DNA of 64,000 nt from an uncultured bacterium. Its GTDB lineage: Bacteria; Auribacterota; Erginobacteria; Erginobacterales; Erginobacteraceae. How positions within the stretch are numbered: position 1 is the stretch's first letter; each line of letters opens with the position of its first letter. The translations under genes and the position numbers were made by a program. The stretch covers positions 1-64,000 of the forward strand of contig CAWGIE010000031.1 of the NCBI GenBank assembly GCA_963822585.1. The letters are read 5' to 3'. Positions 10,171 to 18,543 of this stretch are shown piece by piece. Below the pieces are notes generated by a model. It was not told where the DNA came from and searched no databases. It worked only from the letters and a program-made list of their open reading frames with translations.

Positions 10171-10213
10171 TTTCTTCGCCCCGGTTTACCGGGGCGAAGA
10201 AACAATTTTTTTT
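10171..10213 (+). terminator. Perfect 14-bp stem hairpin with TTTA loop followed by a T tract
   Basis: TTTCTTCGCCCCGG-TTTA-CCGGGGCGAAGAAA; could be a terminator and/or a DGR-type cruciform. Confidence 0.6.
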
Positions 10214-10709
10214 AGCAACACTTTAATTCTATAGCTAATCTTATTTCGGGATAAAATATCAGCGTCAGGCGCCCTGATAACAGTCAGAATCTTCACCAAT
10301 ATGGATTGGTGAAGAGAGAAAAGGGACGGTTCTCCATTGAGGGGACCGTCCCTTTATGTTTTAAAACACCTGAAACACCAGAAACACCATTCCCCTACCC
10401 CCAGACACCCTGTTTTAACCCCCTGAAATCCCCTGAGCGGGGTGTTAATAGGTTGACAAGGTGGAATCCCTACTCCCCAGGATGGAGTTGGTGGAGGTCT
10501 CGACGCGCAACTTTTGTTATTTTCAGGATACCCTTATTTCGGCTTCCCAGAGAAAGGTATCCGGAATTTTAAAACTTTTACACAAATCCCCTCCACCCTC
10601 TCCATCCTCTTCACCCTCGAGCTTTTATAGCGGGAATCTCCCGGTGATACCGAAAGAAAATCATACCCGAAGACAAGAGTGGTTCCGGGAGGCATAAGCA
10701 AGCATTTGC

Positions 10710-11632
10710 AATTCCGGGGACTGAATTCCGGGGACACCATACTCAATTATTTTGCTTCAGAGATTTTGGTCCAGGTTTACGTGGGGTCAATACCCGATGT
10801 AAAAGGTTTTCCAAAGTACGAGCAAATTTTTTTGTTCCCAATGGCCTCCCGGTCCTTTCGTGTAATCGTATCTTTTCTATACTCTTCTCTTTAAGCGGAC
10901 GGGCAAGTAATTTCTCCCAATTACCAAAAAAATCAAGGAGGGGCCGTGCTTTTACCAGTCCATCATCAAAACCGAAAATATGGGCCCGGGCACTGCTCCA
11001 GGGATAACTTCCCGGTTTTTTTATAAGTCCGGATCTTACGGGATTTAATTCAACGTAACGTGCTGAGAAATATAAGTGCCTGTTATCCATGGGGAAGGAA
11101 AAAAACCGCCCCTGCCAAAGATGACCCCTCCATCCTTCACGAAAATTTACCATCCTGGTATATCGGCGATGTGCTTCCCCAATTGCCCTTCGTAAGCCTT
11201 CTTCGCTGGAAGGAACTGCAATCAGATGGGTATGGTTTGGCATTAAGCAGTATGCCCAGATATCTACTTTGCATTTAAGACACCATCTCGACATTAAATT
11301 AATATAGGTTTGATAATCTTCCGCGCAAAAAAAAGTTTTCAGTCGACGATTACCTCTTTGGGTAATGTGATGGGGGATTCCTGGAACAATTACTCTTGCC
11401 ATCCTTGCCATGATTCGCCTCCTTAATTAGATCAAATTATTCTTATTGTTCTTCACTAATTAGTCGGGCGAACAGCAATATTTATTCCTAAAAAAATACT
11501 ATACTTAAGTTTTAATTATATGATTGCATAATTACGTATGGTGTCCCCGGAACTACCTTGCATAATTACGTATGGTGTCCCCGGAACTATACGTATGGTG
11601 TCCCCGGAACTAATATGGTGTCCCCGGAACTA
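10710..11632 (-). mobile_element. HUH/Y1 transposase element, copy B
   Basis: Almost identical to copy A; 1 full plus 1 partial left-end unit and 4 right-end units. Confidence 0.88.
10743..11411 (-). CDS. REP-associated tyrosine transposase-like (Y1_Tnp, HUH) protein
   Basis: Protein identical to 1202-1870. Confidence 0.92.
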   Translation of the reverse strand: MARMARVIVPGIPHHITQRGNRRLKTFFCAEDYQTYINLMSRWCLKCKVDIWAYCLMPNHTHLIAVPSSEEGLRRAIGEAHRRYTRMVNFREGWRGHLWQGRFFSFPMDNRHLYFSARYVELNPVRSGLIKKPGSYPWSSARAHIFGFDDGLVKARPLLDFFGNWEKLLARPLKEKSIEKIRLHERTGRPLGTKKFARTLENLLHRVLTPRKPGPKSLKQNN

Positions 11633-11634
11633 AA

Positions 11635-11706
11635 AAGTCCCCCCCCGGGGGGGATTTACAAATTTCCGTTAACCGGCATAATGGTGGTGGGAGCAAATCC
11701 GCCCTG
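11635..11706 (+). repeat. ~70-bp direct repeat, copy 2; probable promoter of the 11725 gene
   Basis: Matches 514-589; TTTACA-N16-CATAAT lies upstream of the AAGGAGG RBS. Confidence 0.85.
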
Positions 11707-11724
11707 AATACAATTTAAGGAGGT

Positions 11725-12159
11725 ATGGTTATGAAGATCGAAGTGGCAAGGATTCTGGGTATTGTGGCGCTCATTGGAACCGTGGTTGTGGTCGGCTGCG
11801 GTAAGAAGTCCGACTCGGATACGCGCGGGGTCGCGGAGAGAACCGGTGCCGCACTGGACACCGCCGCGGAAAAGACCGTAAAAACGGGAAAAACCGTCGC
11901 GGAAAAAACCAGTGACGCGGCGAATACCGTCGCGGAGAAAACCGTGGAAACGGCAAACACCGTCGCGGAGAAGACCGTGAAAACGGCAAACACCGTCGCG
12001 GAAAAAACCAGTGACGCGGCAAAAGCAACAGCAGCGACGGCAAAAGATGCCGCCGGGCAGGCCGTAGAGAAGACCGGCGAAGGCATGGAGAAAGCCGGCG
12101 CAGGAATGGAGAAAGCCGGTGCATCCGTAGAGAAGACCGGCGCGGACATGCAGAAGTAG
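11725..12159 (+). CDS. Lipoprotein with 11-aa AEKT repeats (LEA-like hydrophilic helix)
   Basis: Lipobox VVGC; repeated TVAEKT.....; AAGGAGG RBS (start may be 11731). Confidence 0.75.
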   Translation: MVMKIEVARILGIVALIGTVVVVGCGKKSDSDTRGVAERTGAALDTAAEKTVKTGKTVAEKTSDAANTVAEKTVETANTVAEKTVKTANTVAEKTSDAAKATAATAKDAAGQAVEKTGEGMEKAGAGMEKAGASVEKTGADMQK

Positions 12160-12176
12160 ATAAAAGGAGGAGCAAA

Positions 12177-12323
12177 ATGCTCTGGACCATTGTAATCGTC
12201 TTGGTTGTCCTCTGGCTTCTGGGTCTTGTCACCTCGACCACCATGGGCGGATTCATTCATGTCCTCCTGGTCATCGCGGTCGTGGTGATCTTGATTCAGG
12301 TTATTCAAGGTCGCCGCCGGTAA
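12177..12323 (+). CDS. Small membrane protein, lmo0937/DUF5670-like (48 aa, absent from the ORF track)
   Basis: Translated by hand: MLWTIVIVLVVLWLLGLVTSTTMGGFIHVLLVIAVVVILIQVIQGRRR; AGGAGG RBS. Confidence 0.85.
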   Translation: MLWTIVIVLVVLWLLGLVTSTTMGGFIHVLLVIAVVVILIQVIQGRRR

Positions 12324-12356
12324 CCCGGCATGGATCAATCGTTCAGCCGGGTTTTT
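12322..12356 (+). terminator. Terminator-like hairpin
   Basis: AACCCGGC...GCCGGGTTTTT. Confidence 0.6.
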
Positions 12357-12651
12357 GTGAGAGGCTAAAGACAAACTTCAGGGGTGGTGTTCAATCAATA
12401 AGGTTAAAACTCAGGCTTGTGGTATTTAGTATCAGTGGTTCAACATTTATAGGATCGTCAAACTACTCCCCTGGTAATGTCATTCTATGAATAACTAAGC
12501 TATTCCGTCCCATAGGCCAAAAGCCTGGATTCGATCAACCCAGGCTCATAGTCAAACTCAAAAACCCTCTCAGCGGTTCAACTTGCCCCCCTATACGGAG
12601 CTTCCACCTCGATCGTGTTATGGTGGGGGGGGCTTGCCAGAAGAGGCGTCT

Positions 12652-14013
12652 CTATTCCACCAGGATGACATGGACGTCCATCACGTTGGTCCCCGTGGGG
12701 CCGGTGATGAGAAGATCGCCGAGGGCCGCGAAGTAGGAATAAGAATCGTTCCGCTCCAGGAAGTCATCCATTTTCAGGCCGAGGGCAGGGCCCCTCTCCC
12801 CGGTGGATCCGTCGGCCATCGCCCCCGCGGCGAGGGTGTCGCCGTCGATGCCGTCGGTCCCGCCGGAGAGCACGGTGACACCCCGCCAGCCGGCTATTTC
12901 CCCGGCGCAGGCCAGGACAAACTCCTGGTTCCGGCCCCCCCGGCCGGCACCCGTCACCCTGACCGTCGTCTCCCCCCCCGATATCAAAGCCGCCGGCTTT
13001 GCCGCAGGGCCCCTGTTCTTCCGCAGCCGGCGGACCTGGGCGCAGTGGAAGGCGGCGGCGGCCCGGGTATCCCCGGTGACCGCTTCCGGGCGGACGATGA
13101 CCTGGTAACCCAGATCGCGGGCTTTCGCCGCCGCTCCCGCCAGGGCCATTTGGTTGTTTCCAATCACGATATTGCGGACGTTCTCGAAGACAGGGTCGCC
13201 CGGCTTGGGGGTCTCCGGTATCAGCCCCCGGCTCCCCTCCTCCAGACGGCGGCGGATTGAATCCGGGGCCTCGTCCCAGAGGGAATATCGCTTCAGGATC
13301 TCAATACAATCCCCGAAGGTCGTCGGGTCGGGGGCGGCGGGACCGGAGGCGATCACGGCCGGGTCGTCGTCCGGCACGTCGGAGAGGAGAAGGCCGATGA
13401 CCCGGGCCGGGGCGGCGAGACGGGCCAGGCCGCCCCCCTTCACCCGGGAGAGATGCTTGCGGACCGCGTTTATCTCCCCGATGGCCGCGCCGCTCCGGAG
13501 AAGCAGCTTGTTGATCGCCCCCAGGTCTTCCCGGGAAACGCCGGGGGCCGGGGCGGTCAGGAGGGCCGATCCTCCTCCGGAGAGGAGCACTATCACCAGA
13601 TCCTCCGGGCCGGCGGAACGGGCGACGGCCATCAGTTCCTCCGCCGCCCGGGTACCGCTCCGGTCGGGGACGGGATGGGAGGCATAACGGACTTCCGTCC
13701 GGCGCAAGGAATGGGCGATCCCGCACGGGAGAATAGCGATACCCCCGCGGACGGCTTCACCCAGAATATCTTCCACCCCCCGCGCCATCCCGGCGGCGGC
13801 CTTCCCGGCCCCCAGGACAAAAATATTCCCGGCAGCATCGAGATGATACCGTTCCCCGCCGACGGTCAGCGTCCGGCCGGAAAAAGAAAGACACTTTTTA
13901 ACCAGTTTTTCCGGCTTCACCGCGGAGAGGGCCGCCCGAAATATCTCCCGCGCTTGCTGAAATCTTTTCTGCCTCAAACAATCCTGCATGTGCCCTGTAC
14001 GCCGCGACATCAT
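12652..14013 (-). CDS. Glycerate 2-kinase / hydroxypyruvate reductase (TtuD/MOFRL family)
   Basis: GAGKAA, LLSGGGSAL, GGETTV, GRGGRNQE, GTDGIDG, TGPTGTNVMD; start uncertain (14013 or 13989). Confidence 0.9.
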   Translation of the reverse strand: MMSRRTGHMQDCLRQKRFQQAREIFRAALSAVKPEKLVKKCLSFSGRTLTVGGERYHLDAAGNIFVLGAGKAAAGMARGVEDILGEAVRGGIAILPCGIAHSLRRTEVRYASHPVPDRSGTRAAEELMAVARSAGPEDLVIVLLSGGGSALLTAPAPGVSREDLGAINKLLLRSGAAIGEINAVRKHLSRVKGGGLARLAAPARVIGLLLSDVPDDDPAVIASGPAAPDPTTFGDCIEILKRYSLWDEAPDSIRRRLEEGSRGLIPETPKPGDPVFENVRNIVIGNNQMALAGAAAKARDLGYQVIVRPEAVTGDTRAAAAFHCAQVRRLRKNRGPAAKPAALISGGETTVRVTGAGRGGRNQEFVLACAGEIAGWRGVTVLSGGTDGIDGDTLAAGAMADGSTGERGPALGLKMDDFLERNDSYSYFAALGDLLITGPTGTNVMDVHVILVE

Positions 14014-14062
14014 GAAACATTTATTTTTTCCCCCCGCCCCGGGGGCGGGGGGAAAAAATAAA

Positions 14063-14839
14063 TTACCACTCGGAGATGATCTTCCAGCGCCCCTCCTCCT
14101 GCTCCAGGAGGAGGACAACCTTCTCCTCCATCGTGCAGCTGAAGGCCCCGGCGGGAGGGCTCTCGGCCAGGACGCCTTTAATCCGCAGAAAAAACGACAC
14201 CTCGCCCAGAGGACGTTCCACCCCGGCGTCGACTGAGGCGCGCACCGTCACCGTCAGCGGTTCGCGGGGCGTCTCCGGAACGGCCCCGGATCCTCCCCGG
14301 CCCGATGGCGAGAAAGGAGATCCGCTCCGGGGGAGAGCGTTCTCCCCGGAAGGCGGCTCCAGCCTCATCTCGATCGGCCCGGCGGCGGAATACACGGTAA
14401 GAATGTAAGACCGGCCCGGGATCCGTTCTCCTTCCTCCCCCCGCAACCAGTCGAAATCTTCCTGGCGCAGCCAGTACCCCGAATCCTTCTGGACGAACTT
14501 GATCGAGATGTCACGCATACTCACCGACAGTTCCCGGAACGGGGTAAAAAATCTTTCTCTTACCCGCTCCTGCAGCCAATCCAACCCCTTCTCGTAATAT
14601 GAATACCGGGAGGAATGGCAGGCGAGAAAAGGCGCCATCTCCCGAGCTTCCAGGGCGGAGCGGTAATTTTCCAGCAGGGCGAGGACGCGCAGGGTTTCCA
14701 CCAGCAGCCGTCGCTCCGGGGGGCTCAGGCGCTCGCTTTCCCGCTGGAAGAAATCCCCCACCGTCGGCGGGGAGGAGCAGGCTCCAGCGCTGAAAAGGAG
14801 GAAGAAGACAACAGGAAGAAAAACTATCCGGTTCTTCAC
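14063..14839 (-). CDS. Hypothetical lipoprotein (possible NTF2-like fold)
   Basis: Signal peptide with AGAC lipobox; C-terminal GRWKIISE. Confidence 0.6.
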   Translation of the reverse strand: MKNRIVFLPVVFFLLFSAGACSSPPTVGDFFQRESERLSPPERRLLVETLRVLALLENYRSALEAREMAPFLACHSSRYSYYEKGLDWLQERVRERFFTPFRELSVSMRDISIKFVQKDSGYWLRQEDFDWLRGEEGERIPGRSYILTVYSAAGPIEMRLEPPSGENALPRSGSPFSPSGRGGSGAVPETPREPLTVTVRASVDAGVERPLGEVSFFLRIKGVLAESPPAGAFSCTMEEKVVLLLEQEEGRWKIISEW

Positions 14840-14934
14840 GATAAAAATTTCTTGTTCAAGAAACCTTTTCCCGTTACTATACTATAATCTTATTTTTCCT
14901 GAGGGAAAATAATAACCGCCATCAAGGAGGCACG

Positions 14935-15831
14935 ATGAAAGGTATCGCCGTGGTCCGGATCTTCGTTGGACTGATTTTAATCAGCCTGGTTCTTCTGCCC
15001 GCCGTCCAGGGGCAAGTCCCGGAGGGAATACCCATCCTTATCGATCAGAAGATCGTCCAGATCGTTCTTTCCCCGGAGAATCAGGACGGGATCGACTGGG
15101 AACTATTCAAACTCTATCAAAAAAACCAGGAGACGACCACCGGCTTCTTCCCCATCTCCGACCGGGCCCGTCACCGGATGGACTTCCTGCCCATGCAGAA
15201 GACTGTCGCCCCGGACAAGGCCGAGAACAAAGACTTCGAACACGTCGAGCAGACCCGGGTCAATCAATTCGATTTCGGTCCCATCTGGGAAGATACCCGG
15301 TCTCCCCGTACGATCAAAGATGACGTTCTCTTCGGCTCACTAAAGATATCTAAATTCAAAACCGTGATGGACTATTTGCGCACCCTGGGGGAAGCAAAAG
15401 TCATCTTCAGCCGGAAGTGGGTGTCCGAGAACGGGCAGCAGTCCATGGTCTCCTCCCATCCGGAGCTCGTCGGCCTCCAGGCGCCGCCCCAGATGATCCA
15501 ACAGTACTGGGAAGGTTCCTGGCAAGGTTCCTGGGAAGGTTCCCGGATCACCTTCCGGCCGGAGGTCATCGACAATCACCGGATCGTTTTTTCTCTCAAT
15601 TCCGAGGTAGCCACCGACTTTTACGTCGACCCGGCGATGAACCCCGGCCTCCCGGTGCTGGAACGGGGGAAAAAGGAAGTGGCCAGGCTCTGGCGTCTCT
15701 ACCGTCTCAACACCATGGGCGTGGTGGAGAGCGGTGAGACCGCCGTCTTCGAAGACATCCGCGAGGGGAAGGGTGTTCTGATCTTCCTCACCCCCTATAT
15801 TCTGGAGTCGCAGCGCAAGCGGGTTGACTGA
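14935..15831 (+). CDS. Short secretin-like (type II/III secretion family) protein
   Basis: AGGAGG RBS, signal peptide, GIDW, VESGETAV and LIFLTPYIL resemble the secretin C-domain. Confidence 0.55.
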   Translation: MKGIAVVRIFVGLILISLVLLPAVQGQVPEGIPILIDQKIVQIVLSPENQDGIDWELFKLYQKNQETTTGFFPISDRARHRMDFLPMQKTVAPDKAENKDFEHVEQTRVNQFDFGPIWEDTRSPRTIKDDVLFGSLKISKFKTVMDYLRTLGEAKVIFSRKWVSENGQQSMVSSHPELVGLQAPPQMIQQYWEGSWQGSWEGSRITFRPEVIDNHRIVFSLNSEVATDFYVDPAMNPGLPVLERGKKEVARLWRLYRLNTMGVVESGETAVFEDIREGKGVLIFLTPYILESQRKRVD

Positions 15832-16168
15832 CAGTAAAAAATTCCTCTGGAATTTTTTACGTTCTGTCCATTTAGCGGAATCAGTTATCTCTATTAAAAC
15901 GTCCCCGTTTATTCAATATCCTCAACTGGTGCCTACATCCCGATTTATCGGGGTTCTTCGGAATTTCAATAAATTGAAATTCTCCCGGTTTTACCGGGAT
16001 TGATCGGTTGTCCCGGTTTCACCGGGAAAACGTTGTCCGGTGCACGGTTACGTGCGACTCGCACCGCAACCGTTCCACGCAACCGATTCGAGTCGCGTAA
16101 CCGCAACCTTTTAACCCGAACGTCGCCCGAATTAAGTGAGAGCTAAGTTCTGATGGGAGATTTTACCA

Positions 16169-17251
16169 ATGACCACACGACCTTATAACCTATACGCCGG
16201 ACCGGCCATTCTTCCCCTTGAGGTGATGGAACGGGCCCGGGAAGAACTGCTGGATTACGGCCAGACCGGTCTTTCCATCCTCGAATCGAGTCACCGAGGA
16301 AAAACCTACGATCAAATCCACAAAGACGCCATCGCGGATCTGCGCGAACTCCTGGCCGTTCCGGATACCTACTCCGTCCTTTTTCTCCAGGGAGGGGCCA
16401 GCCTCCAGTTCGGGATGATCCCGATGAATTTCCTCCGGGGGGGGAAAGCCGACTATGTCGATACCGGCGAGTGGGCTCAGAAAGCGATCAAGGAGGCCAG
16501 GCTCTTCGGTGAGGTTCACATCGCGGCCAGCTCCGAAGATAAAAATTTCTCCTCTGTCCCCGCCTTGAACGAGCTGGAGATATCGCCCGACGCCCGCTAT
16601 CTTCACCTCTGCAGCAACGAGACTATCGGGGGGATACGCTGGCCCGCCTTCCCCGACACCGGAGATGTTCCCCTGATCGCCGACATGTCATCGGAGATCT
16701 GCAGCCGGGTGATCGACGTCGGGCGCTTCAGCATAATCTACGCCGGCGCCCAGAAGAACCTGGGTCCGGCCGGCGTTACCGTCGTCATCATCAGCCGGGA
16801 GATGCTGGAGAAATGCCCCGACGACCTTCCCACGATGCTCAACTACCGGACTCACGCGGATAAAGAATCCCTCTACAACACGCCCCCGGCATTCTCCATT
16901 TACCTGGTCGGACTGGTTCTCAAGTGGCTGAAAAAGCGGGGCGGCATCGAGGCGATGGAAGCGCTCAACAACCGGAAAGCCGCTCTCCTCTACGGGAAGA
17001 TCGACGACGGCAATTTCTACCGGGGGACCGCGGCGGTGGAAGACCGTTCGATCATGAACGTCACCTTCCGGCTTCCCACTGAGGAACTGGAAGCGGCCTT
17101 CGTCGAGGAGGGGAAAAAGGCCGGCTTTGTCGGACTCAAGGGGCACCGATCGGTGGGCGGAATCCGGGCCTCCATCTACAACGCGTTTCCCCTGGAAGGC
17201 GTGGAAGCCCTGGTGAGGTTCATGGGAGAGTTTGAAGAGAGACACTCGTAG
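16169..17251 (+). CDS. serC: Phosphoserine aminotransferase
   Basis: AGPA, LFLQGGASLQF, NETIGG, ADMSS, YAGAQKNLGPAG, GHRSVGGIRASIYNA. Confidence 0.97.
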   Translation: MTTRPYNLYAGPAILPLEVMERAREELLDYGQTGLSILESSHRGKTYDQIHKDAIADLRELLAVPDTYSVLFLQGGASLQFGMIPMNFLRGGKADYVDTGEWAQKAIKEARLFGEVHIAASSEDKNFSSVPALNELEISPDARYLHLCSNETIGGIRWPAFPDTGDVPLIADMSSEICSRVIDVGRFSIIYAGAQKNLGPAGVTVVIISREMLEKCPDDLPTMLNYRTHADKESLYNTPPAFSIYLVGLVLKWLKKRGGIEAMEALNNRKAALLYGKIDDGNFYRGTAAVEDRSIMNVTFRLPTEELEAAFVEEGKKAGFVGLKGHRSVGGIRASIYNAFPLEGVEALVRFMGEFEERHS

Positions 17252-17256
17252 AGAAA

Positions 17257-17363
17257 GATGGAGTGATGGAGTGGTGGAGTGATGGAGTGGTGGAACGGCC
17301 GGATATCTAGCTCCAATACTCCATCATTCCATCACTCCATTATTCCATTACTCCAACATTCCA
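17257..17363. repeat. Inverted pair of 8-bp tandem arrays (GRTGGAGT)n / (YTCCAWYA)n
   Basis: About 5 units at 17257-17295 and about 7 complementary units at 17311-17363. Confidence 0.85.
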
Positions 17364-17402
17364 TTTTTACTACTCCCTTCATCCATAAAAAGGAGTTGCG
17401 TT

Positions 17403-18329
17403 ATGACTAAAAAAATACTGATCGCCACCGCCAAGCCTTTCGCCCCGGAGGCGAGGGACCGGACCGTGTCCGTCCTGAAAAAAGCCGGCTATGACGTCAG
17501 GGTGCTGGAATCCTACCCGGAAACCGCCCAACTGCTGGACGCGGTCGGGGATGTCGATGCCCTGATCGTTCGCAGCGATGAGGTGAACGCCGAGGTCATG
17601 GCGGCGGCGCCGGAACTGAAGCTGGTGGTGCGGGCGGGGGCGGGCTTCGACAACATCGACTGCGCCGCGGCCAAAGAACGGGGGATCGTGGTCATGAATA
17701 CACCGGGCCAGAACGCCAACGCGGTCGCGGAACTGGCGATCGGGATGATGATCATGGCGGCCCGGGGGAAGTACAACGGTAAATCGGGGACGGAACTGAG
17801 AGGGAAGACCCTGGGGCTCCAGGCCTTCGGCAACGTCGCGAGAAGGGTGGCCCAGATCGCCGCCCGGGGGTTCGAGATGCGGGTGATCGCTTATGATCCG
17901 TTCGTCCCGGCGGAAGAAATGACAAAAGCCTCCGTGACGCCGGCCGCCACCCTGGAGGAACTCTATGCCGCCAGCGACTACCTCTCCATTCACATCCCGG
18001 CCACGGCGGAGACGCGGGCTTCGATCGGGTATGATCTCCTGAAGAGCATGAAACCGAACGCGGTCCTCGTCAACACCGCCCGGGCCGAGGTCATCGATGA
18101 AGAGGGGCTGCTGCGGGTATACCGTGACCGGCCGGATTTCAAATATATCGCCGACGTCGCGCCCGGGAATAAGGAGGAGATCCTGGTCTGCGACGGGAAC
18201 CGGTGTTTCTTTACCCCCAAGAAGATGGGCGCCCAGACCGCCGAAGCCAATTTCAATGCCGGGGTGGCCGCCGCCCGCCAGATCGTCGGCTTCTTCGAAC
18301 GGGGAGAGACGACGTACCGGGTGAACTGA
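17403..18329 (+). CDS. serA: D-3-phosphoglycerate dehydrogenase-like (short form, no ACT domain)
   Basis: VRAGAGFDNID, NTPGQNANAVAEL, VNTARAE; follows serC. Confidence 0.85.
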   Translation: MTKKILIATAKPFAPEARDRTVSVLKKAGYDVRVLESYPETAQLLDAVGDVDALIVRSDEVNAEVMAAAPELKLVVRAGAGFDNIDCAAAKERGIVVMNTPGQNANAVAELAIGMMIMAARGKYNGKSGTELRGKTLGLQAFGNVARRVAQIAARGFEMRVIAYDPFVPAEEMTKASVTPAATLEELYAASDYLSIHIPATAETRASIGYDLLKSMKPNAVLVNTARAEVIDEEGLLRVYRDRPDFKYIADVAPGNKEEILVCDGNRCFFTPKKMGAQTAEANFNAGVAAARQIVGFFERGETTYRVN

Positions 18330-18337
18330 TATGGGCA

Positions 18338-18522
18338 TGTAGTATCGCCCTTCCGCTTTTTGCGGAAGGACTTGTAGGATCAGAATGCCTTCGGCATTCT
18401 TTGTAGGAATTGTAGGATCGCGGAGCAGCGCTGGCAGTTCGGCAAGCCGTGCCGCCAGCACGGCGATACTACATTTACTACATCTCCTACAAGTCCTGAA
18501 CGGAGTGAAGGACGATCCCGCA
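18338..18522. mobile_element. ~185-bp structured non-coding element with TGTAG..ATCG inverted ends (MITE-like), copy 1
   Basis: Direct repeat of 19153-19351; several nested inverted repeats. Confidence 0.65.
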
Positions 18523-18543
18523 ACAAATAGCGAGCAATGCTCG

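Noticed and set aside
17379..18461. Long opposite-strand ORFs such as 17379-18461, 25061-26053, 57990-59078 and 60617-61492
   Set aside because: They overlap well-supported genes in GC-rich DNA and show no recognisable motifs.
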